A stretch of DNA of 64,000 bases from Nitrosopumilus sp. (GTDB taxonomy: Archaea; Thermoproteota; Nitrososphaeria; Nitrososphaerales; Nitrosopumilaceae). A model generated the notes under the pieces. It was not told the DNA's origin. It did no database searches and worked only from the letters and a program-made list of their open reading frames with translations. Both the position numbers and the translations under genes were made by a program. The stretch is taken from positions 1,248,001 through 1,312,000 of the forward strand of contig OZ245003.1 of NCBI GenBank assembly GCA_965223425.1, in the 5' to 3' direction. Each line of letters opens with the position of its first letter. Positions within the stretch are counted from its first letter, which is position 1. Below, one piece after another: positions 30,929 to 42,020 of this stretch.

Positions 30929-31660
30929 ATGAAGGCATCTTATTTTATCGTAATTGTTTTACTCTCCGGCGCTTTTGCAGGTCTCATTCACGGCACCGTG
31001 AACTTTGCAATTGTGGAGCCTTATCTTGATCAAGCAATTGGAATTGAAAATCAAAACTTGTTCGAGTCCGGCGAAGAGCAAGACACTCCTGAATTTTGGG
31101 CCGAGTATGAGGGATATAGAATATGGCAAAAAAGTGGACAGATTCTTGCTGGTGTAATTCTGGGGGTTTCTCTAGGTTCATTATTTGGAATAGTATTTGC
31201 CCTGTCTAGAAACTCATTACCGGGAAACACTGATGTCAAAAAAGCACTTGTCTTGTCTGGGATTATGTGGTTTACATTGTATCTTGTTCCATTTCTCAAA
31301 TACCCTGCAAACCCTCCGACTGTAGGCGATGCTGATACTGTGGTGCTAAGGGCAGTCCTGTATCTGTCTTTCATTGCCATTTCTGGGTTTGGAGCAGTTG
31401 GATTTTACAAGCTGTCCAAGAAATTCAAAAGCAACAAAAAACTTGTCGCACTAATTGGCTATGGTGTTTTTATCTCTGTAGCCTTCTTTGCAATGCCGGA
31501 AAACCCCGATGAAATCACTGCCCCAATGGATCTGGTAAATGAATTTAGAACAATGTCTGTTCTTGGGGTCACTTCTTTTTGGGTCTCAATTGGAATCATT
31601 CTTGGTTCGTTTTGGAACCGTTTTATTTCTCATAAAGAAGCCACGCGGTCCTACCATTAA
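30929..31660 (+). CDS. cbtA: Cobalt transporter subunit CbtA
   Basis: EPYLDQAIGIE, PFLKYPANPPTVG; follows cbtB. Confidence 0.93.
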   Translation: MKASYFIVIVLLSGAFAGLIHGTVNFAIVEPYLDQAIGIENQNLFESGEEQDTPEFWAEYEGYRIWQKSGQILAGVILGVSLGSLFGIVFALSRNSLPGNTDVKKALVLSGIMWFTLYLVPFLKYPANPPTVGDADTVVLRAVLYLSFIAISGFGAVGFYKLSKKFKSNKKLVALIGYGVFISVAFFAMPENPDEITAPMDLVNEFRTMSVLGVTSFWVSIGIILGSFWNRFISHKEATRSYH

Positions 31661-31730
31661 CCATTCCAAGTCTCTAGAATGAGAATAAAAACACCTCGTT
31701 TAAATATACTGTATTATTTTTGATAACTGC

Positions 31731-32063
31731 ATGTCAAGACGATTAACTTTGCCGCAACTAAAAAAATATGATATCACTCAAAAAGTAATTGAAGCGCTTG
31801 CTGATTCTGAATCTCGGGCAATTTTGTTTTCTATAATTAAAAAAGGAAATACTGCCGCAGAATTGTCTGATAAACTCAAAATCCCTCTCAGTTCTGTATA
31901 CAAGAAACTAACAGATCTTGAAGAGCTTACACTAATCAAAGTTGAAAAATGGATGCTTTCTGATAAAGGGAGAAAATTCAAAGTTTATCGAAGTAGGATA
32001 AGCAAGGCCGACATCTCTATCAGAAAGCCTGATCCTGTCTTAACATTGGTACCTATCAAGTGA
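31731..32063 (+). CDS. ArsR-like winged-helix regulator
   Basis: SRAILFS...AAELSDKLKIPLSSVYKKL. Confidence 0.85.
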   Translation: MSRRLTLPQLKKYDITQKVIEALADSESRAILFSIIKKGNTAAELSDKLKIPLSSVYKKLTDLEELTLIKVEKWMLSDKGRKFKVYRSRISKADISIRKPDPVLTLVPIK

Positions 32064-32067
32064 TCCT

Positions 32068-32418
32068 ATGTCAAAGCCAAACATTGTTCAATTATCTGAA
32101 TTTGATATCACTCAGAAAATTATTGAGTCATTAAGCAATGTTTGTACTAGGGCCGTATTGTTTTCTGTTAAAAACGAATCAAAAGACGCAACTTTGATTG
32201 CCGATGAATTGAAAATTTCACTTTCAACTGTTTACAAAACACTGTCCACTTTGGAGGATCTTGCACTTGTTGAAATAAACAAGTATGTTATTTCATCTGA
32301 AGGCAAAAAGATCAAGCAGTACCGCAGTAGAATTGGCAAAGTCGAGATTACTTTGGAGGATCTAGAACCCCGTTTGAATTTGTATCCCAACCCCATTAAT
32401 CATAAATCAAACCCATAA
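32068..32418 (+). CDS. ArsR-like winged-helix regulator (tandem paralog)
   Basis: DITQKIIESL...IADELKISLSTVYKTL; similar to the preceding gene. Confidence 0.85.
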   Translation: MSKPNIVQLSEFDITQKIIESLSNVCTRAVLFSVKNESKDATLIADELKISLSTVYKTLSTLEDLALVEINKYVISSEGKKIKQYRSRIGKVEITLEDLEPRLNLYPNPINHKSNP

Positions 32419-32766
32419 TTTTTTGTATCAAAAAAAAAAAATTAATTACATTTTTTGACAATTCCCATATCTGAGACATTCGTGATTAGACTATGTGGAA
32501 AAAGTTCGTATCGATTTTAGAATGGTATGAATCAGTGTAGCAGAACCCACAACCAACTTGCAAAACAACCTACAAGTAGCCCAAAGTAGTGATTATGACC
32601 ATGATGGCTAGTTTGTAAAACATGTCATGATAAAAGACATTTTGTCTTTGGAAAAAGTTGACTAGCGGCAAACTTTGATGATGTTTCCATTCTATAGACT
32701 TGGAATGAATATTTAGAATGAAAATCTGGTTTAAATAACTTAGCTTCTCCTAAGATTTTCAGTAAT

Positions 32767-33855
32767 ATGAAACGACAAACAACTTTCGTATTGGTTGCCA
32801 TGACTGTAGCAGTTGGTGCTATGACAGTACCATTGACCCAAGACGTCCGGGCAGAAGGTTTGATTCCTGACTGGATTAAAGCAAATGCCGGGTGGTGGGC
32901 AAGTGGTTCTGTAGATGATGATACTTTTCTAAATGGTATTGCATACCTAATTGAAAATGACATCATTGATGTCTCGTCTGAATCAAAAACTATCGGTGTT
33001 GATACTCTCACAATTGGATTTATTCCGGTTGAAAAAGCCGATGAATTAACCCCGAAAGCCCAAGCACTAGAAAACTTCCTTGAAAATGAATTAGGCATCG
33101 AAGTTAAGGTAGTAGTCCCAACAAACTATGAAACCATAATTGAGGGAATGAGATTTGGCCACATTGATGCTGCATTTATGGATACAGGCCCTGCATGGAT
33201 TGCCCATCAGAGAACCGGCGCAGAAGCTGTATTGGCAGAACTTGTCAAAGGTAAGGTCAACTATCAAGCAACAGTATGGACATTAGCTGAAAATGATTCC
33301 ATTCAATCAATTGAAGATACTGTTGGTAAGAGGGTAGCTTTTACTAGCATTACTGGCTCATCGGGTTTTGTAAGGCCTATGGGAACTTTGGTTACTGACG
33401 GGCACGTAACTATTGAGGGTGATGACATAGTTGCATTGGAATCCGCATTGGCAAATAATTTTGAAAGTTATACTTTTGCAGGTGGCTACAAAGCAGCACT
33501 AGAATTGCTTCTAAATGGCAATGTTGATGCTGCATTTGGTTCAGACATTGCTCCTCAAAAATACCTTGGATTAGAAGATCAAGCAAAATTACGCCCGGTT
33601 ACAACTATTGGATCAGTGCCCTCTCATGTATTCATGGTGAGTGCTGATATGTCCGAATCTACCAAAAATGCCCTTGTATATTCCCTCATCAAACTAAACT
33701 ATGATGAGCATAACGTAATTTTGACAGATTTGTACGGTGCTGAAGCGCTAGTTCCAACCACCACTACTATGCATATTGGTGAATTTGGAGACTTTATTGA
33801 CACACTAACCGGACTTGATCAATTAATTCTTGACAAATACAACAAGAGCAAATAA
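32767..33855 (+). CDS. phnD: Phosphonate/phosphite ABC transporter substrate-binding protein
   Basis: LTIGFIP, PTNYETIIEGMRFGHIDAAF, TSITGSSGF; N-terminal IPDWIKANAGWW surface domain. Confidence 0.85.
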   Translation: MKRQTTFVLVAMTVAVGAMTVPLTQDVRAEGLIPDWIKANAGWWASGSVDDDTFLNGIAYLIENDIIDVSSESKTIGVDTLTIGFIPVEKADELTPKAQALENFLENELGIEVKVVVPTNYETIIEGMRFGHIDAAFMDTGPAWIAHQRTGAEAVLAELVKGKVNYQATVWTLAENDSIQSIEDTVGKRVAFTSITGSSGFVRPMGTLVTDGHVTIEGDDIVALESALANNFESYTFAGGYKAALELLLNGNVDAAFGSDIAPQKYLGLEDQAKLRPVTTIGSVPSHVFMVSADMSESTKNALVYSLIKLNYDEHNVILTDLYGAEALVPTTTTMHIGEFGDFIDTLTGLDQLILDKYNKSK

Positions 33856-33872
33856 AAACTGGAATTCTGAAA

Positions 33873-34703
33873 ATGAAACAAATTCAGATGACCAAAAATC
33901 CTTCTCTCTCCTCAATTTCTACAAAGAAAATTATCCAGATGAATGATGTTTGGACATCATATGATTCTAAAAATTTTGCATTAGAGGGAGTTAACATGTC
34001 AATTGATAGAGGGACAAACTATGCAATTGTTGGGCAGTCTGGTTCTGGAAAATCTACTTTGCTTAAATTAATGAATGGGATGATGATTCCTAGCAAAGGA
34101 ACAATCAAAATTGACTATGTGACCCCTAACATGAATGAGAAAAAATTCAAAACTATGATGCATACAATTGGTTATATACCTCAAAGTCTCGGTCTGGTGA
34201 AAAATGTCACAGTTTTGGAAAATACCCTGCTTGGTGCATTACCTAGACTAAGCAAGATACAGTCTTTATTCAAGCGGTTTCCAGAACATGAGATTCAAGA
34301 AGCCAAAAGAATTTTAAAACTAGTTGGCTTGGCTGGAAAAGAAAACAGAAAAGCCTACATGCTCAGTGGCGGTGAGAAGAGACGTGTCGCTATTGCTAGA
34401 GCTCTGATGCAAAAACCAACAATGTTGTTAGCTGATGAAATTGTTTCTGAGTTAGATTATGTTACTGCACATGATATCATGGACTTGATTGCAGATGCTC
34501 AAAAAAGAATGAATCTCACTGCTGTTATGGTTCATCATGATATGCAATTGGCCTTAGAATATGCAAACCGTGTTGCAGTTATCAAGGAGGGACAAAAAGT
34601 TCTAGAGATTGGCGTCGAGGGAGACAAGATAGTTGATTTTCAAACAGGGGATATGAGCACCGAAGAGATTCTGGAGATGTATGCTGATGAACCCCAAAAA
34701 TAA
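33873..34703 (+). CDS. phnC: Phosphonate ABC transporter ATP-binding protein
   Basis: GQSGSGKST, LSGGEKRRVAIARAL, LLADE. Confidence 0.88.
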   Translation: MKQIQMTKNPSLSSISTKKIIQMNDVWTSYDSKNFALEGVNMSIDRGTNYAIVGQSGSGKSTLLKLMNGMMIPSKGTIKIDYVTPNMNEKKFKTMMHTIGYIPQSLGLVKNVTVLENTLLGALPRLSKIQSLFKRFPEHEIQEAKRILKLVGLAGKENRKAYMLSGGEKRRVAIARALMQKPTMLLADEIVSELDYVTAHDIMDLIADAQKRMNLTAVMVHHDMQLALEYANRVAVIKEGQKVLEIGVEGDKIVDFQTGDMSTEEILEMYADEPQK

Positions 34704-35472
34704 TATCATAGTTGGAATAATTATTGCAGTAGTTGTGGCCGCATCATACAATGTTGATGCAAATCCTATCGAATTTGTCGAGGGATTGCCAAACCTTGCA
34801 ATTGTTGCTGAAGAAATGCTACTTGTGGAACCAAAGTATGTTCCAACAGCCCTTTGGGCAATGTTTGAAACTATCCAAATGGCCTTTATCGGAACAATAG
34901 TTGGGGTTGCCATTGCATTGCCACTAAGCATGCTTGCTGCACGAAACCTTAACAGCAAATATGTTTATGCCCCCATTCGTGCGCTGTTGGCAGCTATTCG
35001 TACATTCCCATCAATTTTGTGGGCAATTTTATTTGTAATTATGGTTGGGCTGGGCCCCTTTGCTGGAGTGCTGGCAATCATTATGTATACAATTGGATTT
35101 GTAGCAAAATTACAGTATGAGGCAATTGAAACAATTGACTCTGATCCTATGGACGCAGTTGGCTCCATTGGGGTTTCAAAATGGCAGTTGATTCGTTATG
35201 TCGTGATTCCAGAATCTGCATCTCATCTTCTTAGCCAGATGCTCTACATGTTTGATTATAACATTCGTCAAACTAGCATCCTAGGCTTGGTAGGCGCAGG
35301 CGGAATTGGCTTTTACATCATCAATTATATTAAATTCTTTGAATATGGAAAAGCGGCAATTTTCATGTTGGTGGTATTGGTCACTGTTTTGGTAATTGAC
35401 TGGATTAGTGTTAAGATTAGAGATAACTACATCATAAAATCCCAACACGGGATGGAAGTATCTGCAAAATAA
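34681..35472 (+). CDS. phnE: Phosphonate ABC transporter permease
   Basis: GLGPFAGVLAI, FDYNIRQTSILGLVGAGGIG. Confidence 0.92.
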   Translation: MLMNPKNNIIVGIIIAVVVAASYNVDANPIEFVEGLPNLAIVAEEMLLVEPKYVPTALWAMFETIQMAFIGTIVGVAIALPLSMLAARNLNSKYVYAPIRALLAAIRTFPSILWAILFVIMVGLGPFAGVLAIIMYTIGFVAKLQYEAIETIDSDPMDAVGSIGVSKWQLIRYVVIPESASHLLSQMLYMFDYNIRQTSILGLVGAGGIGFYIINYIKFFEYGKAAIFMLVVLVTVLVIDWISVKIRDNYIIKSQHGMEVSAK

Positions 35473-35474
35473 TC

Positions 35475-36509
35475 TCATGTTGTAATTTTGTCTATCTGAT
35501 TGGATTCTGTGGCTGTTTTTATCTCCCTGGCCATCCTTCTGCCCATACTCATAGGCTCGTTAAACAAGAGCGAATAGTATGGCGAACCATCCATGTAGAT
35601 GTTGGTTCCAGCAACAATTCTTGCAGAGAATTCAAACGATGTGAATTTTGCATTCTCATCATAAACTCCCTCAATACAAAACGGTCCATTCATACCTGGT
35701 GCAACAAGTCTCTTTGCAGCATTCACAAAGTTTTCTCCCATGCTGTATACTTCGTCTAAAAGTGACTCCCTTAAAACCAACGGACTGTTCCCAATCACGT
35801 TAAATGAAGGAACCTTTTTGCTTTTCATCTGTTGTTCTGATGGAATTCTGGCCAATCCCTCAATGTCTGATTCATGTCTTTGATCAACTCCAAAGAATTC
35901 TAATTCTCCCTTTAACGGCGAATAAAAGAATTGTAAATATGCTAAAACCCCTGCTGCATATTCTTGAATGTAAAGCGTCTCGTCGCTTGAAATAACCCCT
36001 TCTGAAATTAGCTGGTTTCTTTTTGTATTGTAATCATCCTTGTTTGCTGCCAAAAAGTAACCTTTTCCTCCAGCGGCTCCTTGTCTTTTTACAATTACCA
36101 ATTTGTTGATGTCTTTAGGATCTGACACTGGAGTTGGAATCGGAAGACTTGCTTCTCTCATGAGTTTTTCCTTCATCTCCCTATCTGACTCCCATCTTAG
36201 AATCCACTTGTTTCCAAAGATCGGGGTTTTGATAGATTCGATCTCTTCAGAGCTCATCTGTGCAATCAGCGTTCCATGCGGAATCAAAACTGCATTATTT
36301 TGTTCTAGTGCATCTTGGCATCTTTGATCTAGAACTTCTTTGAATGCATCAACCAAAATTAATTCATCAATAAACGGGAATCTTCGATATAGTTTTTCTC
36401 GTTTTTTTTCACAGACTAGCACCGTTGTTAGACCCTCGTCTTTTGCGCCTTTGAGAACCTGTAGTGCACAGTGAGAACCAAGGGTGGCAACTGCTGTCAT
36501 GCTAGTCAT
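35475..36509 (-). CDS. purP: Formate-dependent FAICAR synthetase PurP-family ATP-grasp protein
   Basis: ATLGSHCALQVLKGAKDEG, GNSPLVLRESLL, FEFSARIVAGTN. Confidence 0.92.
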   Translation of the reverse strand: MTSMTAVATLGSHCALQVLKGAKDEGLTTVLVCEKKREKLYRRFPFIDELILVDAFKEVLDQRCQDALEQNNAVLIPHGTLIAQMSSEEIESIKTPIFGNKWILRWESDREMKEKLMREASLPIPTPVSDPKDINKLVIVKRQGAAGGKGYFLAANKDDYNTKRNQLISEGVISSDETLYIQEYAAGVLAYLQFFYSPLKGELEFFGVDQRHESDIEGLARIPSEQQMKSKKVPSFNVIGNSPLVLRESLLDEVYSMGENFVNAAKRLVAPGMNGPFCIEGVYDENAKFTSFEFSARIVAGTNIYMDGSPYYSLLFNEPMSMGRRMAREIKTATESNQIDKITT

Positions 36510-36523
36510 TCTGGCACTGGACT

Positions 36524-36733
36524 TTATGAACTATGTGTGACTGCCACGTACTGAAATATCTCATCAATCAATTCCACGCTTAACTCTGATTTGATATCGT
36601 CGGGAATCACCTTTAGTATAAAATCATACATTGTTGTGTTTTCAGGAAGGTCATTTCTTTCTTGCAATAAAGAAAAAACAGCAATTCCGTTTGAGATGAT
36701 TGCTACCGTTTTTTCTTTGTCAGTAAGGGCCAT
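36524..36733 (-). CDS. hypothetical protein
   Basis: 69-aa ORF co-oriented upstream of purP. Confidence 0.65.
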   Translation of the reverse strand: MALTDKEKTVAIISNGIAVFSLLQERNDLPENTTMYDFILKVIPDDIKSELSVELIDEIFQYVAVTHSS

Positions 36734-36818
36734 TATTCTGTTGGGGAATGGCAGTAATTTAATCTAAATCCAGATAGTGAAAAATTAATTACACCATACA
36801 GATGAAATAAAGTGAATT

Positions 36819-38129
36819 ATGATAGAAACTGAGTTAGGAAATTTACGCAGATCCCATTATTCTGATGGAATTGACGCCTCTATGGATGGGGATCAAGTTA
36901 CAATCATGGGCTGGGTCTTGACAATTCGAGGACATGGCAACATCAGTTTTGCCACCATTCGTGACAAAAATGGCGACATTTCTGTTATAGCAAAAAAAGG
37001 AGATTGTCCAGATGACATTCGTGAAAAAATTTCTTCACTTAAAGCCCATTCATCTGTTGCTATCACTGGAAAAGTAAAGTCTTCTGAAAAAGCACCTACC
37101 GGATTTGAAATAGTTCCAGCAGAACTAAGAGTGTTTTCTGAGGTTGAAAAAATTCCGCCTTTTGAACCTACTGCAAAAACTGTCAAAAACATTGATACTA
37201 GGCTAGAGGTAAGGCCAATTGATCTTAGACGCAAATCGCTGCAGCATATCTTCAACACTCGAAGTTTGGTTTTAAAATCAATTAGAGATTATTTTAATGA
37301 ACAAGCATTTACTGAAATTAACACCCCAAAAATGATTGCAACAGCTACTGAAGGCGGGGCTGCACTGTTTGCAATATTTTACTACAATAAAGAAGCATTT
37401 CTGGCCCAAAGTCCGCAATTGTACAAAGAGCAATTAACAATGAGTTTTGAAAAAGTTTTTGAAATTGCACCTATTTTTAGGGCCGAGCCGTCAAGAACCA
37501 ACCGTCATTTGGCCGAGGCAATCTCTATTGATTTGGAGGAAGCCTTTGTTGATTATAATGATGTGATGGATAGAGTTGAAGAAATCATCAAGATTTCAAT
37601 TAAAGCAGTTAATGATTATGCAAAGGATAATCCCGATACCGAATTTGTAATCCCTGCCCTCCCTGAAACCATTCCACGACATTCTTACGATGAACTAGTT
37701 GACAAAATGCAAAAAGCTGGAGCAAAAACTGAATGGGGTGATGATTTGTACCCATCCAATCTTAAAAAAATCGGTCTTGAAGGCTTTTACTTTATCACTG
37801 ATTGGCCATTAGGTCCAAAGCCCTTCTATGTAAAAGACAGCAAATCAAACCCCAAAATTTCTGAGTCATTTGATTTGATGTTTGGGGATTTAGAATTGTC
37901 TTCGGGAAGTACCAGAATTGAAAAGCGAGATGAACTAGCTGAGAGAATGAAGAACAAGGGAATGAAGACTGATGCATTTGAGTATCATCTTGGAGCCTTT
38001 GATTATGGCGTTCCTCCTCATGCTGGATGCGGAATTGGTCTTGAGAGACTGATCATGGCATTAACTGGCACTGAAAACATACGAGACGTAACATTTTATC
38101 CAAGAGATGTTGACAGGTTAACACCTTAG
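36819..38129 (+). CDS. aspS: Aspartate--tRNA(Asp/Asn) ligase
   Basis: OB fold, LAQSPQLYK, FRAEPS, PPHAGCGIGLERL; precedes gatCAB. Confidence 0.97.
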   Translation: MIETELGNLRRSHYSDGIDASMDGDQVTIMGWVLTIRGHGNISFATIRDKNGDISVIAKKGDCPDDIREKISSLKAHSSVAITGKVKSSEKAPTGFEIVPAELRVFSEVEKIPPFEPTAKTVKNIDTRLEVRPIDLRRKSLQHIFNTRSLVLKSIRDYFNEQAFTEINTPKMIATATEGGAALFAIFYYNKEAFLAQSPQLYKEQLTMSFEKVFEIAPIFRAEPSRTNRHLAEAISIDLEEAFVDYNDVMDRVEEIIKISIKAVNDYAKDNPDTEFVIPALPETIPRHSYDELVDKMQKAGAKTEWGDDLYPSNLKKIGLEGFYFITDWPLGPKPFYVKDSKSNPKISESFDLMFGDLELSSGSTRIEKRDELAERMKNKGMKTDAFEYHLGAFDYGVPPHAGCGIGLERLIMALTGTENIRDVTFYPRDVDRLTP

Positions 38130-38138
38130 GTGTGGTAA

Positions 38139-38405
38139 ATGGTTACAGAGGAAGAAATCGAACACGTCTCAAAACTGATGAGAATAGAAGTTGACGATCA
38201 CAGGGAATACGTAGACAAAGTGCATACAATGATTGATTATTTTGATATTCTGGATTCTGCCGGCGTTGAAGATGAAGAAATCGCCATGCAAAGTATCCTG
38301 ATTTCGAATTTACGTGAAGACAAACACATTCCATTTGATGAAAAATTAATCGAAAAACTAAATCACTATAAAGGAACTTACATTCGAGCACCAAAGATGT
38401 CCTGA
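38139..38405 (+). CDS. gatC: Asp-tRNA(Asn)/Glu-tRNA(Gln) amidotransferase subunit C
   Basis: EEIEHVSKLMRI...LRED...YIRAPK; upstream of gatA. Confidence 0.88.
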   Translation: MVTEEEIEHVSKLMRIEVDDHREYVDKVHTMIDYFDILDSAGVEDEEIAMQSILISNLREDKHIPFDEKLIEKLNHYKGTYIRAPKMS

Positions 38406-39850
38406 TGAATCTCAAAATTTCTGCCCTAGATTATGTCCAAGAAGTGCAAAATGGAAATATTTCGGCTGAAGATTTTGTATCTTCCACTATTGAAAGGATC
38501 CACAACGTTGATGAAAAACTTCACGCATTTTTATCTGTAAATGATGGTGCTATTAATCAAGCAAAAGACATCGATAAGAAAATAAAATCAGGTGCCAAAG
38601 TTGGCTCTTGTTATGGAATGCCAGTTTCAATTAAAGACAACATGTGCATCAAGGGTAGCAAAACAACTTGTGCATCAAAAATGTTAGAAAATTTTATTGC
38701 GCCTTACGATGCAACTGTAATTTCAAAACTCAAAGCACAAGATGCAGTTTTTATCGGTAAGACAAACATGGATGAGTTTGCCATGGGTTTGACAACTGAG
38801 TTTAGCGCATTTGGTTCAAGTAAAAACCCTTGGAATACTGATTGCGTTCCGGGGGGCTCTTCTGGTGGAAGCGCTGTATCTGTTAGTGCCTTTGAATGTC
38901 TTGCGTCGCTTGGTTCTGATACTGGTGGTTCTGTTAGAAATCCTGCAAGCTTTTGTTCTACTGTTGGCCACAAACCAACCTATGGCTTGATTAGCAGGTA
39001 TGGCTTGGTCTCATACGCAAACAGCATTGAGCAGATTGGCCCATTGACCCGAACTGTAAAAGACGCTGCTTTCATGCTAAACTTGGTTGCTGGATTGGAT
39101 CCTAATGACAATACAACTGTAAACAACCACAATGAAGACTATCTTACCGGCATAGATTCTGGAATAGAAGGAAAAAAGATAGGAATTATCAAAGAAATGA
39201 TGGCTGAAGGTACTGATCCTACAGTGTTATCTGCAACCAACGATGCTATCTCAAAATTGGAGAGCCTTGGTGCTACATGCGAAGAAATTTCCTTGGAGAT
39301 GGTAAAGTATTCAGTTGCAGCATACTATACAATCACTGCTACTGAAGCGGGAAGTAATCTTGCAAGATACGATAATCTAAGATATGGGTATGAATTTCCA
39401 GTAGAGGGCTATGAGTTTAATTCTTACATTGAAAAAGCAAGAAAGAATTTTGGCCCTGAAGTTATACGTAGAATGATCATTGGGGGGTTTGTTCCATCTG
39501 CAGGCCATGCCGGAAAATATTTCCTCAAAGCACTTAAGGTGAAAAATAAACTCACAAAGGAAATCAATGAGGCATTTAAGAAATTTGATCTTTTGATTGC
39601 GCCTACTGTCCCAATTTTACCATTTAAGATAGGTGAAAAAATTGATGATCCTGTATCCATGTTTCTAATTGACATCAATACAGTAACTGCCAATCTTACA
39701 GGAAAGCCTGCAATCTCAGTTCCTTATGCTGTATCAAACGGACTGCCAATTGGAATCCAGCTGTTGGCCGACTCTATGCAAGATAAACTGCTACTCCAAG
39801 CAGCACATGCATTAGAACAGACTGTAAAACTACCGGAGGTTCCAATATGA
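38405..39850 (+). CDS. gatA: Amidotransferase subunit A
   Basis: Amidase signature GGSSGGSA, GSDTGGSVRNPASFC, SNLARYD. Confidence 0.97.
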   Translation: MNLKISALDYVQEVQNGNISAEDFVSSTIERIHNVDEKLHAFLSVNDGAINQAKDIDKKIKSGAKVGSCYGMPVSIKDNMCIKGSKTTCASKMLENFIAPYDATVISKLKAQDAVFIGKTNMDEFAMGLTTEFSAFGSSKNPWNTDCVPGGSSGGSAVSVSAFECLASLGSDTGGSVRNPASFCSTVGHKPTYGLISRYGLVSYANSIEQIGPLTRTVKDAAFMLNLVAGLDPNDNTTVNNHNEDYLTGIDSGIEGKKIGIIKEMMAEGTDPTVLSATNDAISKLESLGATCEEISLEMVKYSVAAYYTITATEAGSNLARYDNLRYGYEFPVEGYEFNSYIEKARKNFGPEVIRRMIIGGFVPSAGHAGKYFLKALKVKNKLTKEINEAFKKFDLLIAPTVPILPFKIGEKIDDPVSMFLIDINTVTANLTGKPAISVPYAVSNGLPIGIQLLADSMQDKLLLQAAHALEQTVKLPEVPI

Positions 39851-41253
39851 CCAAAATTGGTTTAGAAATTCACTGTCAACTGACAAATCTTGAAAGCAAA
39901 CTGTTCTGTTCCTGCAAGGCCAACTACCGCGGATTTGAGATTAATGAAAATATCTGTCCTGTTTGTATGGGGCTGCCCGGAAGTTTGCCTAGGTTAAACC
40001 AGGAGGCAGTAAAAAAAGCAACAATGATTGCCATGGCGCTTAATTGTAGTACTCCTGATAGAATTGCATTTTTTAGGAAAAATTATTTCTATCCTGATTT
40101 GCCAAAAAACTTCCAAATTACACAACTTGACATATATGGCGATACTAGCGTCGGTGGCCCAGGCTCTATACTGGTTGGAGATAAAAAAATTAACTTTACG
40201 AGGGTTCAGCTTGAAGAAGACCCTGGACGGCTCATTTATGAGGGAAGTTCTACTAAAAATCAAATTACGCTAGTTGATTACAATCGTGCAGGCACTCCAC
40301 TAGTTGAGATTGTCACAGAACCTGATTTTGAGAATCCAAAACAGGTAAGAGAATTTTTGAATATTTTGTCTGACTTGCTTGAAAATCTAGGGGTGTCTGA
40401 TCCTAGTCTGGAGGGCGCAATGAGGGCAGATGCTAACGTTTCAATTGAAGGGGGAAGAAAAGTTGAGATTAAAAATATTGGCTCGTTTCACGACTTGGAA
40501 AAAGCAGTACACTTTGAAATTACTAGACAAAAAAGCTTGCATTCTAGAGAAATTGAATTTGCACAAGAAACACGTCATTGGGATGATAAAAGAAAGGTTA
40601 CCATCCCCTCTCGTTCCAAAGAAGAAGCGCTTGATTATAGATATTTTCTGGAGGGCGATATTCCTTGGGTAACAATTGGTTCAGAGACCCAAGAAAAATT
40701 AAAATCAAAAATGCCTGAGAGCATTAGTTCAAAAAAAGAACGATATGTCTCAAAATACAATATGCCAGATCAAGTTGCTGATGTTTTGTCATCTGACAAG
40801 TTTTATTCTGATTTGTTTGACGAATCCCATACTGACTCGAATGCAAAAGAAATTGCAAACATCATAACAACTGATTTGATGGGTTTGGTGGATACTAGAG
40901 AAAAAAGAGAAGCGTCCAAAATCCTGCCTACGCATTTACGTGATTTAGCTGATTCAATCCAATCCGGAAAAATATCTAGGAATTCAGCTAAAAATGCTTT
41001 GTATGAAATTGTAAAGACTGGTAAGAATTTATCACAAGTAATGTCTGAATTAGATTTGGGAAACGTGTCTGATGAGTCAGAACTAATAAAAGTTATACAG
41101 GAAGTGATTTCTGAGGAGCCCCAAGCTGCAGGACAAGCAAAGTCAAATCCGCAAGCTATCAACTATTTGGTTGGTAAAGTAATGAAAAAGACAAAGGGAA
41201 AAGCAGATCCTAAACCCACTTTGAACCTGATGAAAAAAGAGATAGGGGTTTAA
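39847..41253 (+). CDS. gatB: Amidotransferase subunit B
   Basis: IGLEIHCQL, RKNYFYPDLPKNFQITQ, NRAGTPLVEIVTEPD. Confidence 0.98.
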   Translation: MTKIGLEIHCQLTNLESKLFCSCKANYRGFEINENICPVCMGLPGSLPRLNQEAVKKATMIAMALNCSTPDRIAFFRKNYFYPDLPKNFQITQLDIYGDTSVGGPGSILVGDKKINFTRVQLEEDPGRLIYEGSSTKNQITLVDYNRAGTPLVEIVTEPDFENPKQVREFLNILSDLLENLGVSDPSLEGAMRADANVSIEGGRKVEIKNIGSFHDLEKAVHFEITRQKSLHSREIEFAQETRHWDDKRKVTIPSRSKEEALDYRYFLEGDIPWVTIGSETQEKLKSKMPESISSKKERYVSKYNMPDQVADVLSSDKFYSDLFDESHTDSNAKEIANIITTDLMGLVDTREKREASKILPTHLRDLADSIQSGKISRNSAKNALYEIVKTGKNLSQVMSELDLGNVSDESELIKVIQEVISEEPQAAGQAKSNPQAINYLVGKVMKKTKGKADPKPTLNLMKKEIGV

Positions 41254-41516
41254 TGAAGGATCTTTCATTAGAAGACATTGAATTTATTAAAATTCTAGCC
41301 GTCTCTGATGCTGTTATCCTTCAGGAGGGCATGAATGATGCGACTCGGCGTAGACTCGACGAGCAAATAGGCGTGATCTTGCGTGAATATTACCTTGAAA
41401 ACACTACAAATACAGGAACCGATTGGAATGCCAAATTTATCAAAGCTGGAATAACTGAAGATGATGGACGTTCTGCAATTGCTTGTGCAAGACGCCTTGG
41501 CATAGATATCTCATAA
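41253..41516 (+). CDS. hypothetical protein
   Basis: 87-aa ORF translationally coupled to gatB. Confidence 0.7.
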   Translation: MKDLSLEDIEFIKILAVSDAVILQEGMNDATRRRLDEQIGVILREYYLENTTNTGTDWNAKFIKAGITEDDGRSAIACARRLGIDIS

Positions 41517-42020
41517 TAAGGCAAAAAATCTTTTTACGCTCTTTTTGTTTTTATAAATTGAATCTTGCCTAATTTTGAATTTGTCCCGACTCGAAAACAA
41601 ATCGAAGAATCAAACATTTACAAATTTATGCAAAAGCACAGCGTTTCATCAATCGAGGAATTATCCAGAAAAGCCAAAGAAAATTTAGAGTGGTTTTGGG
41701 AGTCCGTTGATCAAGATATTGGCGTTGTTTGGGATGCTCCCTATACAAAAACACTTGATGCAAGTGCAGGTCTTGCTTGGTCTAAATGGTTTGTCAATGG
41801 TAAGACAAACATCTACAAGTCTTCTGTTGAAAAATTTGTAAAAAAAAATCCACATAAAACAGCATATCATTTTATCTCCGAGGATGGAAAAACATCAAAG
41901 ATTTCTTATTCAGAACTAAATTCTAAAGTATCAAAACTTGCAAATGGCCTTAAATCTATCGGTGTAAAAAAAGGTGACGTTATTGCAATTTACTTGCCAA
42001 TGATTGAAGAATCTATTTTG

